A stretch of 64,000 nt of DNA from Octopus sinensis (GCF_006345805.1 NC_043001.1:126480001-126544000); one strand, 5' to 3'; shown: positions 1 to 13,218, counted from the stretch's first letter. Notes: generated from the sequence alone by a model not told the origin. Translations and numbers: made by a program.

Positions 1-224
1 TGACACGATGTAGGTAAAGACATTTGAGAAATTTGAAAAGCTTACACGAAACCGGTAATTTCTCCAAAAACTATGTTACTATATATAAAATTTTATAACA
101 TTCTTCTAACATAACGACTTAAACATATTCTTTAACCTTATAAAACAAGCCTTCTATAGTTTTGTCACTCTTTTCCTTTTTTTATACATCCAACCACGTG
201 CTTTCACACACCAACTTTCTCACC
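1..224 (+). mobile_element. Probable 3' remnant of a Penelope-type repeat, cut by the window edge
   Basis: GAAAC-CG-GTA (3' half of an HHR with palindromic stem III) at 48-57. An AT-rich tail ending CCACGTGC precedes (TA)n, as at the Penelope end near 35061-35100. No canonical CUGANGA lies inside the window. Confidence 0.35.
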
Positions 225-252
225 TATATATATATATATATATACATATACA

Positions 253-303
<51 letters not shown>

Positions 304-331
304 CCTGTACATATATATACACATATACACA

Positions 332-1300
332 CAGGGTGACAGTTGGAGATGCTGAATATAGAAGTTCGTAGTAGTGCTCTTGGACGGAAATATGTTGGAA
401 ATCTACTCGCGGAACTCAAAGCGTGAAGCTACAGACTCTCTTGACACCATTGTAGCAAAACAAATCTTTAGTTTTTATTTGCCCATATTTGATGCACGGA
501 AGTACGTGAATATCAATTTCCATGATGTCCTCTTCATGGATGAGGCCTGAGCTACTCTGGATTGTCCCGACGGGCGGTTCAAAGTTTGGATACCCTTTGG
601 AGCCTCTCGCCCGCATTGTATTCGGCGTCAACAAAGAGGTGGTGGTGTCATGTTTTGCGCGGGAATCATATGAACTTGTCGAGCCATTCCGAATGCCAGG
701 AGGTGTCAAACTCAACAGCAACACCTACACCGCATTTCTGGGAGAGCACTTTTCAGCGTCGTTAGACGATCTGCCTCTCTCATGTCGACGGCGATTGATT
801 TCTATGTATGACAATGCTCCTTCGCATTCAGCCAAGGTTACAATTTCGATCCTCGCAACTCTGGGAATTACAGGCCAATCACTCATGGTTTAACCTCCCT
901 GTTCTTCTGACCTAAACCCTGTCGAACAGCTCTGGTCGATCTCGAAGGGGAACGTGCATGAACGAGGTATCAAGTTTTCATCGAAGGATGCCCTGTGGGA
1001 AAAGATCAAAACAGTTGCTGGTACCATGACCACCATCTTAGATTAGTCGGCTAACAGCTTCTGTTGACAAAACACTGTTTGATGTCATTTCTAAATAAGG
1101 AAGTTACATAGACAAATAAAGTACAGCACCAACAATTTAATTGTGTTTATTTCATAACTTTTGCTGCTATTCTTCAGTGGCGTATTTCATTATTACAATA
1201 AAATGCTATTATAACGATAATACTTAGTTTCATTACCTTAAATTTGCATTTTCGTACACCTGCAATAAACCGTGACACAGTTGAAAGCACCTCCAACTAC
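332..1300 (+). mobile_element. Decayed Tc1-like transposon, DD37E (TRT-like) transposase pseudogene
   Basis: Broken frames give VLFMDEA*ATLDCPDG, RRQQRGGGVMF, YDNAPSHSA and *PPCSSDLNPVEQLWS; I count 37 residues between the second D and the E. Residual inverted repeat AGTTGGAGATGCT (341-353) vs AGCACCTCCAACT (1286-1298), 12/13 match. Confidence 0.85.
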
Positions 1301-1455
1301 ATAACTCAACATAACTTTGTATGTAGCCTATAAATACGATTGAAATGTTCACTGCGTACGTACCTTCCTAGTATATTTTAGTGGACCAAATTTTACGTTT
1401 GTATAACGTTTAGTATTCAAGATATCAACAAAATTTTATATATATATATAACGGC

Positions 1456-1540
1456 TACCTCTGATGAGTGCAGGGTTACATAATCGGACTGTTACCTAAT
1501 ACTCCGTTGAACCCCTAGCGTGAAACCGATTGGTAAGATC
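1456..1540 (+). ncRNA. Type I hammerhead ribozyme-like motif (weak stem I)
   Basis: CTGATGA at 1461-1467; long stem II including GGGTT/AACCC; GAAAC at 1522-1526; stem III ACC-gatt-GGT; GUA cleavage triplet. Stem I has a mismatch. Confidence 0.55.
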
Positions 1541-2559
1541 CATAATGGATATATATTACTTTACACTTCGATTAATATATATACGATTTTGCCCATATAT
1601 GCATGATAAACAAAAATCTTTACAAAAGATATTTTAGCTCGGGATCAAAAACTTAGGAAATAACGAAAAGTTATAAAGAATTTAATATTGTTGGTAAAAT
1701 CTGAAGTGTATGGTGAAGATGCTTTAAGAATATGATGATGTCATCATGATAATCATCAGCATCGTATTGCTGATGGCAATATAAGGGTATTATTAGTGCC
1801 AGTAAATTGTGGTCGAGCTGCGATGTTATTGTGTGTGAGTTAGAGTCTTAGATAGAAATGATGATGATGGTAATGGTGGTGGTGGTGGTGGTGGTAATGG
1901 TGGTGGTAGTGGTTGTCGTGATGGTGGTGGTGATGAGGGTGGCAACAGTGACAACAGCGAAGACACAAACGACAATGATTATGGTGATCATCACAATGAT
2001 GACGATGGCGGTTGGGGCAACATAATCCACGACGATGACGAAGGCATGACGGTATAAACTAAAGGCAAATTTCGATAATGTCTTTATTCCCTCTTGAGTA
2101 GTTATTTTTATTGCTTTTTCGACGCCTTAAGCCGATAATGTGATTATAGACTGTTCCAGTATTGCGTTTTTTCTCCACTTCCAGATTGCAACAATGCCGT
2201 CATCATCGTCATCGTCATCACCACCACAACCAAAAACAATGTGATCATCATCATCGTCGTCGTTATCATCACCATAAATGTCATCATCATTCCTATCATC
2301 GGTGTAGACAATAACATCACCGCAACGATAACAATGATAACAAAAAGTAGCGAGTATCACACTAGCAGATTAGCTTTTCTTAAAGTGAATGTTAACGTCA
2401 ATAAAACCATTTATTGTTTGAGACTTTATGATAAATGTATCTACTGGTTTCGTTAATTCCTCCTTACACAACACAATAATATCCTCAACCGCAGCAGCAA
2501 CAACTAAGTGAAAAAAATCACAAGAAGCCTCTCTCTAATTGCATGAATACATCCCTCAT

Positions 2560-3130
2560 ATAACGTCCTCCTTCTCGGTAAACCGGTCTTAAAATTTTCT
2601 TGCTTTACGTTATTTGGTATCTGAGAGAACAATCTTCAAATCACTTTTGATGATCTGGAACATTGTTGTTAACGCTTCCTCTGATTTCAACGAATCACGA
2701 ACCTACGAGTTTTTCCTTAATTGATATTGAAGCAGACAGCAATATCTACCAGGAAAAGTTCTAAGATATTCTCCAACTGTCGTCGTTGGTGAAATTATTT
2801 TCACTTGGAATGCTTCCAGGATTCCGAAAATACTAGTCTTCTTAGTCTTACTACCTCCCGTATAATTATTTTGTACATTGAGCAGCAATACGTATCCAGT
2901 AACCCTTTTTTGTGTGTGCTAGTCCTCTGCGTTTCCCGGGTGATGCTAGTTGCTTCAGATATACTTTGAAGGTGGTGCGCTATGTCTACTTGGGTCTTCA
3001 TCTCTTTCTTCGTCCCATCGGTGGTAATCACTGTATGGCTCAAAAGAAAAAAATGAAGATTAATAGACATTACCTAAGTGATGCACCGAGCAGTCTCCTT
3101 TTTAAATAACAGACATGACGTAAGTAGTGT
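2560..3130 (-). mobile_element. Highly degraded coding-like segment, possibly a LINE ORF2 C-terminal relic
   Basis: Protein-like minus frames interrupted by stops (YQLRKNS*VRDSLKSEEALTTMFQIIKSDLKIVLS). No diagnostic motif recognised. Confidence 0.25.
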
Positions 3131-3589
3131 CTGTTACAACACTATTGTGAAGCCAATTCCTCACTGGTTTGAAATACTTTTGTTTTGACAAAGAATTTGA
3201 TTTGTAGGTACTCCGCAAATATAATAACATCACTATTAACTTGCAATTTATATATATAACATCAACTATTAATTACATACATACATGCATACATACATAC
3301 ATACATACATACATACATACATACATACATACATACATACATACATACATACATACATACACACACGTGCATGTTTGAAGGCAGGTACATGGCTTAATGG
3401 TTAGGGTATTATAAACATGATCGTGAGATTTCTGGGACGAACGATGCGTTGAGGGGAGAGATTAGCTAAAAGGTATAGATATTATACGAAGTATGGCAAC
3501 AATTGGATGTCAAAGAAGAGTCTTCAACCACAATCACTCGAAGAACCCCACAACCCATGGATCACACTGACTACCAAGGGCGCAAAAAT

Positions 3590-3890
3590 ATCGTCCAGCA
3601 TTTGATATCCCGTCTATTGGCACATGCTTACGGTAGTTCCAGTCCCATTTAATCATTGGGGGAGAGCAATTCCTTCATCTCCCGCATTTTCCCTTCCAAG
3701 TGGGACATGAAAATGTCGAAGTGCGCTTAACCGAAGAGAAAATCATTTGTTCAAATTCTTTCATCCCCGACCAATACACAATCTCTCTCGCCGTAGACAC
3801 CAGACTGAGGAACATTGCCTACTCCGCCTTGCGAAAGGCAGACGGTGGTGCGATCCACACGATGGAATTAACTGATTGCTAAGTTTGACC
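3590..3890 (-). mobile_element. L1/Tx1-like LINE ORF2 C-terminal fragment
   Basis: Frameshifted translation AMFLSLVSTAREIVYWSGMK...DIFMSHLEGKMREMKELLSP resembles the C-terminus of L1/Tx1-type ORF2 (from memory). Confidence 0.45.
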
Positions 3891-4065
3891 AACAAGCGAT
3901 AATAATGGTAAGACATAACTACACAAGTTAGCAAATGTACGGACAATGCATAAGTGCGTGTAGTACGGTTTCGTCGCTTTGCACACATTGTGGACATTCC
4001 CGCCGGGCAGCACTTTTGTGCGTAGTCGACAACTTTGAAACGGGTTGTGTTTCTCTTTCTCTCTT

Positions 4066-4264
4066 TTCTCTTTTACTTGTTTCAGTCACTTGACTGTGGC
4101 CATGCTGGAGCACCGCCTTTAGTCGAGCAAATCGACATCGGGACTTATTCTTTGTAAGCCTAGTACTTATTCTATCGGTCTCTTTTGCCGAACGCTAAGT
4201 GACGGGGACGTAAACACACCAGCATCGGTTGTCAAGCAATGCTAGGGGGACAAACACAGACACA

Positions 4265-4300
<36 letters not shown>

Positions 4301-4479
4301 AATATATACACATATACGACGGGCTTCTTTCAGTTTCCGTCTACCAAATCCACTCACAAGGCATTGGTCGGCCTGAGGCTACAGCAGAAGATACTTGCCC
4401 AAGATGCCACGCAGTGGAACTGAACCCGGAAGCATGTGGTTTGTTAGCAAGCTACTTACCACACAGCCACTCCTGCGTC
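4066..4479 (-). mobile_element. Full-length tRNA-derived SINE (family A: tRNA-like head, internal (TA)(TG) microsatellite, conserved 3' tail)
   Basis: Minus strand begins GCAGGAGTGGCTGTGTGGTAAGTAGC...GGGTTCAGTTCC (A/B box-like) and is closely similar to the copies at 22537-22963 and 52675-53090. Confidence 0.9.
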
Positions 4480-5060
4480 TCCTGTGTTAGTCAGATTGTG
4501 TTAGTTTACTTGAACGACCCCATAGAAATGCAGATTTGGTCTCAGATTTGAACTCAGAACGTCATGCCGTAAGGCATTTATTCAATGCTCTAACAATTAT
4601 AACTATTTATAATAGAGGTTCACAGGCAGAAACAGTGGCGAAGGGGAGTAGTTGATTTTATCAATCTTGTATTTGACTGGTACTTTATTTTATCGGCGGA
4701 AGGATGAAATATCAAATTAACCTCGGCAAGATTTCATCTAAGAACGTTGATAACTCGAACAAATGCCACAAACAATTTATCCAACGATTTAATGATTATG
4801 ACAGAAACGTGTATAAATATATATATTGTCCTTGTTTCGTATATATTCGATCCTTTTTCCAAGAAATCTGATGCTCGTAGCTTACTTTTTCGTTGGGGCT
4901 GGCCGGATCGGAGCGATCTCAAGATTAATCAGCCGAAATTGCGAGGATGATCCGGTTCTTGACTGAAGATTAGAGGCTTCGAATGACCCGTCCGTGTTTT
5001 TTGTATCGTCTTCTAAATGTTTTGCGTTCTTGTCCCATTGTGTATTTTTATATATGTTTT

Positions 5061-5151
<91 letters not shown>

Positions 5152-5475
5152 TAAATGGTACAAAAACTTACATGCAGTTAACAAAGAAAGTTGAGATAGA
5201 AAAACAGAAGACTAGGTATTAAAGCAAAAATCATTGGTTAATAATTTAACAGAGAGCTGTTTTCATTTTCCGTGGCCTTCCATTTTCTTTCCGTCTTTCT
5301 TGTTATCCTCCTCCTTTTTCAACTTATTTTTTGCTATTACTCATCCATTTTTCTGGTTTTTATCTTTCTCATCTTTGTTTGGTTGATTCTTCATATACCC
5401 TCCTCTCGCTTTACCTCATTTCAAATCATTGTTCTTTTCTTTTCACGATTATATACATATACATACATACATACA

Positions 5476-5511
<36 letters not shown>

Positions 5512-5536
5512 TATATATTATATATATATATAATAT

Positions 5537-5602
<66 letters not shown>

Positions 5603-5633
5603 TATATATATATATGGCTGATCCCCCTTATGT

Positions 5634-5664
<31 letters not shown>

Positions 5665-5703
5665 TATATGGAGTTAAACGCACGTGTTATTCAAATCATT
5701 TTA

Positions 5704-5792
5704 TTTCCGACATATGTTTCGAAAATAAACATTAGTATTATTCCAGAAGGAATAAAATGGTGTAAAACAATGCAATCTTCTCATCAGGGAAA
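5704..5792 (-). ncRNA. Complete type I hammerhead ribozyme
   Basis: Minus strand: stem I UUUCC/GGAAA (5 bp); CUGAUGA; 60-nt stem II (GAAGAU/AUUUUC base, terminal hairpin UUAUUCC-UUCU-GGAAUAA); GAAAC; palindromic stem III ACAUAUGU; GUC cleavage triplet. Confidence 0.85.
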
Positions 5793-5899
5793 GACAGAAA
5801 TTAGCAGGAAAATAATAGTTGAGAGATATAGAGTGATAGGGGAATAGGAATAACGCTTAAAGCCTTGCAAATAGATATATTTAGTGTAGACATATTGAG

Positions 5900-7010
5900 T
5901 GTCATTTAGAGTTCGTTCAGATGACATCTCTTCTATAGCAGGAAGGTGTTCAATATTTTTTATCATCCTTATGTCAGCGGATGATGATCTATTCAAAAAT
6001 GCAGAAAATGTTCTACCCAACGCTTATGAATAGAAGCGGAGTCACTCAGAAGCAAACCTTCATTTCCTGTTCCCACTGGAGCTATTGAAGAAGATTTTAA
6101 CATAAGAGTACGAACACTTGGCGTCATTTTTATCAGCTGCTTCTTGTGTCCCTTTTGCTCTATCATCCCACGATTGCTATTTAATTTTCCTTAGAGCAGT
6201 CTGCAATTTCCCTTTCAACTTTCTGTGAGTTTCGTTTGAGTTGGAGGTTCAAGGATTGAGAAAGAAGTGTATTACCTAAGTTTTGTTTTCCTAAAAGTAG
6301 ATCATGAATTTCTAATGATTTATCTGAGAACCAGTCACTGGATTTACGCGATTTATATCCCACTGACGAACTTGCAACCTGAAATACTATTATTTTGAAA
6401 TCTTCCCGTAGATTGTTTGGGTCTAGATTGATATTTTCTATAGCATCGTAGAATCTTTGCAAGCTGGTTGAGAATTTAAAGTTTTACAACATTTAACTTT
6501 TTGGGTACCTTAGAGCCAGACTGACAACTTTTAGGCATTATGGAAAAATTCATTTTTCCACGCATTAGACAATGGTCAGTCCAGGTCTCTGCCTCTGTCA
6601 TGGCCCGAACACTAGAAACATCTTTCATATCATGTGCTAGGTCATCATAAAACTGTCCTGCAGTTTCATCAGAATGAGACATTGTTGGTGCATAAATACT
6701 GACAACGGTAAGACACCTACCTTTTGTCAGCTTTATACGGCATGACATGGTTCGTTCAGATATACCACTTGGGAATTCTGCAATGGAGGATACTAAAGAA
6801 TTCTTGAGAACAAACCCAACACCAGACTCTCCAAAAGATAGTATATCCATAAGTAGGTTCATTTATTTGACCCTCACCAGACGGACGAGTTTCAGAGAGT
6901 GCAACTATATCAAGGGGATATTTTTAAGCCCACAAATGCAGTACGCTTTTCTGGCTTCTTGTTGAAATTATCAAGAAGTGCGCGCACATTCCAACGGTAA
7001 AAATTCAGAG
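5900..7010 (-). mobile_element. RTE-clade LINE fragment (APE endonuclease plus linker), frameshifted
   Basis: WNVRALLDN...PEKRTA; GVGFVLKNSLV...RCLTVVSIYAPTM...GQFYDDL; SDWFSD; KRWVEHFSAFLNRSSS. These are RTE/BovB-like ORF motifs. Confidence 0.85.
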
Positions 7011-7022
7011 AATATATATATA

Positions 7023-7086
<64 letters not shown>

Positions 7087-7247
7087 GTATATGTATATGT
7101 ATATATATACATACATACATACGACGGGCGTCTTTCAGTTTCCGTCTACACACATACACACTCACACTCACACACACACACACATACACACACATACACA
7201 CACACATATATATATATAATTGAGTAACGAAGATATACAAGTGTCAA

Positions 7248-7318
7248 TTCAAAACCGCCGTTTCATGCGACTCCTTTGATTAATGATTAATGAAAAGAAC
7301 CCATTCTCATCAGATGAC
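7248..7318 (-). ncRNA. Hammerhead-like motif, core intact, imperfect stems I and II
   Basis: Minus strand: gucau-CUGAUGA-GA-AUG...CAU-GAAAC-GGCG-GUU-uugaa, with an inner UUCUUUU/AAAGGAG helix. Confidence 0.55.
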
Positions 7319-7732
7319 CGCATAGACTTCAAACATAAAGGATAAAACCACTGTTTTAACATACTCATGTCAATAATGGAACTCAAAGTATTTACATTGT
7401 TTTTGTTGTCATAACTCTGGCAGTATGAGGTGCCTCAATTTAAGTACCTAATTCAAGGAGTCTTTGTGTGTGTGTGTGTGTGTGTGGTGTGTGTGTGTGT
7501 TGTGTGTGTGTGTGTGTTTCAGTTTCTATTTCTCTGAACGCTTGTAGAAACGAGAGCTGAAACATCTGACCATGCTGCAAGGAAAGAATTGACCGAATAC
7601 AATAAACTTGTTTGTAACACCGAGTTGTTTTATTTCCCTTTTTAATGTAGATTACTACGATCACCTGATCGGAATTTCTCCTCTGTCGCTTTCTTTCTCA
7701 TACATTGATACATATATCCATCCACACACACA

Positions 7733-7854
<122 letters not shown>

Positions 7855-7862
7855 TATATATA

Positions 7863-7915
<53 letters not shown>

Positions 7916-8987
7916 TATATATATATATGCATATATATATATATATACGCAGATATATCTATCTATATCTATATATATATATAATATATATATATATATA
8001 TACATATATACATACACATATATACACACGCGTACACACGCGTGTATACGCACACGTACATGCATATATACAATCTTGTGATAACAGTGTTAATTTTAGG
8101 AAACAACAGTTACAAAATAGACGTGACGTTTGGAATATTTTTGTTCATGAAATAACAAAAAGACATTCTGTTGTTAGGGAGATCACTGTGTCTATACTGG
8201 GCTGAAAGCTTTTAAACATTGATAAACAAAGTGATGTTATCGTATATACACTGAGAATAAGTTTAAATTGTGTATAGGGAACATTCTTCCAGGTATATAT
8301 TTACGAGTGTGTGTATGTACGAATGTCTATGTACATGTATATTTATTCGTACATACGAATACTCATATATAGATGAATGGATACATAGGTAGATGTATTT
8401 ATATATGAATTTGTTACATTAAATATGTGGTAGCATATATCATCTCATTCTACATACAAAGAGAAGCCTGCGCGCGCGAGCGTGTTTGTGCGTATGTGTG
8501 TATGTGTCTTTCTGTTTGCTTCTATGTCTGTGTGAGTATGTATGTATATATGTATGAGTATGTATGTGCATACATCTACAAGTACTTAAGTGTATGTGCT
8601 ATATGTGTGTGTATGTATGTGTGTACGTACATATGTGTGTATGTTGCTGAATGCATATGTGTATATGCGTTAAATAAGCTAAAGATTAGTGTGAAATAAT
8701 GTCTCTGCACTTGATATTTCGGCATTACATGCCATATTCAAAGCTAAAATATTGCACATAAGTAATTTCTTGAACATTTCTCTGCCTTTCCCTCGCCATT
8801 CTCCGAGGCAACACCTTTCCCATTTTGTCTGCTGAGACCATGGGGCGGTCTTACTTACAGGAAAATATACGTTCCACAACTTAATATAATTAAGACTAAA
8901 TTTAAAATCCAAACTTTGTTATACGTGTATATAGATGTATACGCCAACAAATTTTCATTCAACAGACTTTACTACAAAAAAAATTAA

Positions 8988-9042
<55 letters not shown>

Positions 9043-9339
9043 TAATAATAATAATAATAATAATAATCCTTAAGATTATTAACCTGACAGCAAATAACTT
9101 CCTATCTAAGTGGAAGATGAGAATCTCGTCATAATTTCATTCTACATTCCCAAATACAAAGATAGTAGTATATTTTCTATTTCAATCTTCTCCCATCTAT
9201 CACCACCATTTCTCATTAGGGCTCCATGCCTAGCTAAACCAATGCCTAAATATAGTTGAGCATTTTAAAGCTTCTAGTAGCACTATATAGATGAGTTAAT
9301 TTTTTTTTGTATTCAAGGCAGAAGGTTTAATATTTGTGG

Positions 9340-9480
9340 GGAGTTGAGATAGTGGGTTACGTCGATTCTTGTGCTTAACTGGTGCTTATTTTACCGACCC
9401 TAAAAGGATGAAAAGCAAAGTCGACCATGGTAGAATTTGAACTCGGGATGTAAAACCAAAATAAATACCGTTAAGCACGC
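9340..9480 (-). mobile_element. Degenerate SINE (family B core)
   Basis: AACTGGTGCTTATTTTACCGACCCTAAAAGGATGAAAAGCAAAGTCGACC...GAATTTGAACTC matches the core repeated at 28040-28598 and 41620-41835. Confidence 0.75.
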
Positions 9481-10333
9481 CGAGTTTTAGATGAGTTAAT
9501 AAATAAAATCATACATTACGAATATTTTCCAATGGAATGTTTGACAGCATGGGGTACAAATTAATGACAAAACTACTTAACATGAAAATCTGTTGTCTGT
9601 AATTTTCAGAAATGGTTTAGAATAAAGCGTTCTCTGCGAAAAATATCAACTGTAAGAAAATTTGGAAAGTAGGCGAAATACATTGCTTCATGTATTCGTG
9701 CTTGTATCAATTTTTAAAGTCGTATAACTATTATATAGCCAATGCATCTAGAAAGAACCTCGAATAATTTAGCTACACATCTACAAACATACATACGCAT
9801 ACATACACATGCACATACATGCACATTCATATGCATACACAAACACATACACGCACGCACACACAGTTACACACACATATACTAATGTATTCAAATATTT
9901 GTACATTTGTAAGGTATTTAATTATATATCATATAAACAAATATGTGTATATATATTCATAAATATAGGTATGATATATATATTATATATATATATATAC
10001 ATATACATACATACATATACATATATATATATATATATATACATACATACATATACATATATATATTATATATACATATATATATATATACATATATATA
10101 TATGTATATGAATAATAACATACGATGGATAATTGTCAGGTCATTACAAATGTTTCTTACATAACTTTTTAATAGAAGAATGATAAAATTGCTGCATTGC
10201 AATAGACGGTAATCAGACGAGAAGTAATTTTACAAACAAAAGAATATCCCAACAATACAGCAGGAATGTGGCTGAAGTCTGTCGAGGCCAACAAGTACCT
10301 CATTGTATCTGAATTCTTACTTTACTATATTTA

Positions 10334-11410
10334 CAGGGTGCGTAAGATATTCGAGGACAGATTTATATTTATAAAAAAAAACAGATATATAATGATAGAT
10401 AATAACTTTATTTATCAAAAAATGCTATGACGATAAAAATAAACCTTCTTTTCTATAATGTTATTCAATAAAGCCACTTCAGCTTCAATAATTTCTTCTA
10501 TATGAGATCTAAATCATCTACATGCTCGAATCAAGCGGTCGTGGTTAATTTGGGCATTATTTTGACTATGGCAGTTTTCAAAGAATCTTTGGTGTTATGG
10601 ACGTGTTAATTGACCTCTCTCTCAACAACAGTCCACATGAGATCTGGGGAATTAGAAGGCCAAATGTTAGGGGTTATGTGATGAGGAAAATTTTCAGCCA
10701 TAAATCCTGTGTTACTAGAGCCATGTGTGATATTTCAGAGTCTAACTGAAGCACATATGGCCTTCCATTACATACACTGTCTATCCAGGGCTTAATAATT
10801 ATTTCCAGGACCTCAATGCAGGCGGCAGATTTAATTCTAAAGCGTTGTGGAAAGAAGTAAGGAGGCACAGCATGTCCTTCATGGGTGATAGCCCCTAAAA
10901 CCATGACAGTTTCAGGAAATTGTGTAGGCATACCACTTTGAACTTCAGAAGCGTCTGCACGTAGCGTCTGTCATTTCTTCTGTTAACTTTTTGATCTTGG
11001 TCGAAGTTTTTCTTGTTTGAGAAAAACTAAATCAAATCTTCTGCTAGATTTTTCTCTTTGTTTAAGAGCCTTTTAAATCTGATGTGATTTTCTTTTGCTT
11101 TTTCTGACAAAGTAATCTTTCCTCATCATATAAGACTTATATCTGATGTTTTCGAGGACAACATTTCGGACTGTTCCTTCTGACTCATGGAAATCTTTTA
11201 CAATTCACCTCATAGACTTTCTGGGATTGTAAGCAATGGTCTGTTGAACTTGTTGGACTAATTCAGATGTTATGATGATTTCGGAGCGTTTTGAATGCTT
11301 TTATGCTTTGATACTGGTGATACGTTTCCATCTTCAGTCTCTAGCTCGTTAAAACTTTGTAGACGAAAGATCTGGTAAACACAACTATTTGTTTTCACGA
11401 CAAGAATGCT
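10334..11410 (-). mobile_element. Tc1/mariner maT (DD37D-like) transposon relic with one terminal repeat
   Basis: TA|CAGGGTG end at 10332-10340. Minus frames give FPETVMVLG...VPPYFFPQ...IKPWIDSVCNGRPYVLQLDS and ITPNIWPSNSPDL...VVERE. The third-D region is deleted, so spacing is inferred from similarity only. Confidence 0.85.
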
Positions 11411-11440
11411 ACCGTTACACAAGCGTACCAGCCTACTCAT

Positions 11441-11719
11441 AAGGTTTTTGTTAAGCAGTGTCTATTTTTACAATCCTGTAACTAATAATAATAGTATTTT
11501 ATAAGCTTAAAGCTTATAACTATCACTGCGCAATGCGGTTTCGAGTCCCACGTGCAGGGGAAAACCTACTTTTTTCGGTCGAGGGCTTATATGCCCCATT
11601 ATTAGACTATTTTCTGTAGTAATCGCGCGATGGTCACTATAAGCTTTAAGCTTATTAAATACTGTTATTATTATTTATTTACAGGATTGTAAAAATTGAC
11701 ACTGCTTAACAAAAACCTT
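11441..11719. repeat. MITE-like or foldback element: ~80-bp inverted arms around a ~119-bp spacer
   Basis: 11441-11518 is the near-exact reverse complement of 11638-11719 (AAGGTTTTTGTTAAGCAGTGTC...ATAAGCTTAAAGCTTATA). Confidence 0.8.
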
Positions 11720-11769
11720 TATAGTTCTCAAATTTGACGGAATTAAGCAGGTTGGTGCGCTAGTGTAAT

Positions 11770-11899
11770 GATAGTAATCTCCAGGGATACAGGCATCCAG
11801 CAACAGGACCTCCGTAATGCCATGATGGACCGTGAAGTCAGGCGTAGCATGGTAAATTCCATTGTCTCGACCACGGTCGAACAATGATGATGATGATGA
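11770..11899 (+). mobile_element. 3' end of an RTE-type LINE with (TGA)n tail
   Basis: ISRDTGIQQQDLRNAMMDREVRRSMVNSIVSTTVEQ* followed by TGATGATGATGATGA. Confidence 0.6.
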
Positions 11900-13029
11900 G
11901 TAATCTTGTCAGGAAAGCAAAGTGGTCCGGGTTAGAGTCTCACGTGCACTGGATAGCCTACTTTTTTTCCGTCGAGGGCTTATTATTACATCATAATAAA
12001 AAAAACCATATTCACAAGATGATCCATATTATTTCAAAACAATAGAACAACAACCTATGTGCGTATATATATGCATATATACTTCTCTTGCTTTAAGGAC
12101 TATGGAAAGAGTTTATAAGTGTTGCAAAAGTATACAATAGAATACTTTACAGGCATGGTACTCCAGTCTTTCGAGACTCAAAGTTTCCTGTCTTATTCTC
12201 TCCTCTAGTTTGTCCATCGTTCTCTATTTCAGTATATATGCGTGTATATGTCCACTCACACCCGCGTTTAAAATTTTTCTATGTTTGCAATATGTTTGCT
12301 GTCGAGTATAGTAATCATCTCCTAGCTGAGTGGACTCCTGATTAAATACAACTCATCTGTTATTATTCTATCAATGCAGAACTACATTATGCAATGTGCG
12401 TGAACATTCCTAACCCAAGTCACTTGTAATTTGTGCTAGATATGACTGGTATTTCTAACATATCTAGCAACCACATAGAGGCTCTCCCATAGTATCATGT
12501 TGTTTATTGCAGTCACTTGACTGTTAGCATGTTATGCCCTTAGTTATAATAAAGATCAAATGTTAATTTGTACACATGTTATATTCAACCGCAACGTCTA
12601 TCGTCACAATTGTGCAATTCTTATCGTCAATCACTGAACGTTTTCCTAACATTAGCTCTTTCTTTTGATACAATCATAAGTTTGACCATATACAATGAAC
12701 TTTTTATGAATAATCAGCAGTAACAAAAAATAAATAAATATACAGACAAATTAAGGGATCCAAAAACAAAAAAAGTAGTTATCTTTTATTTTTTTCCCTT
12801 ATCTCTCGCAAACACATGTACTTATTTATCAGGCGGTGAATAATAATATTTTATAACATGGAAATGTTATCGCTTTATGTTTTAGATATTTTTCTTGACT
12901 TTCGTTTTACTATTTTATAGTTGTGACGTTGGCGTATTCGAGACAACAGAGCACCAGATTAAATGCCTTAAATTACTTATTTATGTAGTAGTAATTGTTG
13001 TTGTTGCTGTTGTTGCTGCAGCTACAGTT

Positions 13030-13218
13030 GTTTAACCTAGGTCAGCCCTAGACGAGCGGGTCTATCATCAAAGGCATTCCATGCAATGTTTCTTTTTTAG
13101 ACATGTTATTGTCCGAATTACATTATCTTGTATACCCTCTCCTTAAGACGGTAGGGTGTGGTTTGAGAGATATTTGGTTACTATTTCTTGCTGGGTGAAC
13201 GACTACATATCATCTCCA
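13030..13218 (+). mobile_element. Dispersed repeat fragment (SINE/LINE tail-like); related pieces near 60770-60810 and 62740-62815
   Basis: Shared GTG(A/G)TTTGA...GCTATTTCTAGCAGG-type motif. Confidence 0.4.

Noticed and set aside
4430-4479. tRNA-like sequences at SINE heads (also 22537, 53040, 61400)
   Set aside because: A/B boxes only, with no complete cloverleaf, and each continues into a SINE body.
5480-5660. Phase shifts (TAAT/ATTA) inside (TA)n runs across the window
   Set aside because: Consistent with sequencing or consensus error, or slippage; no regular code is evident.
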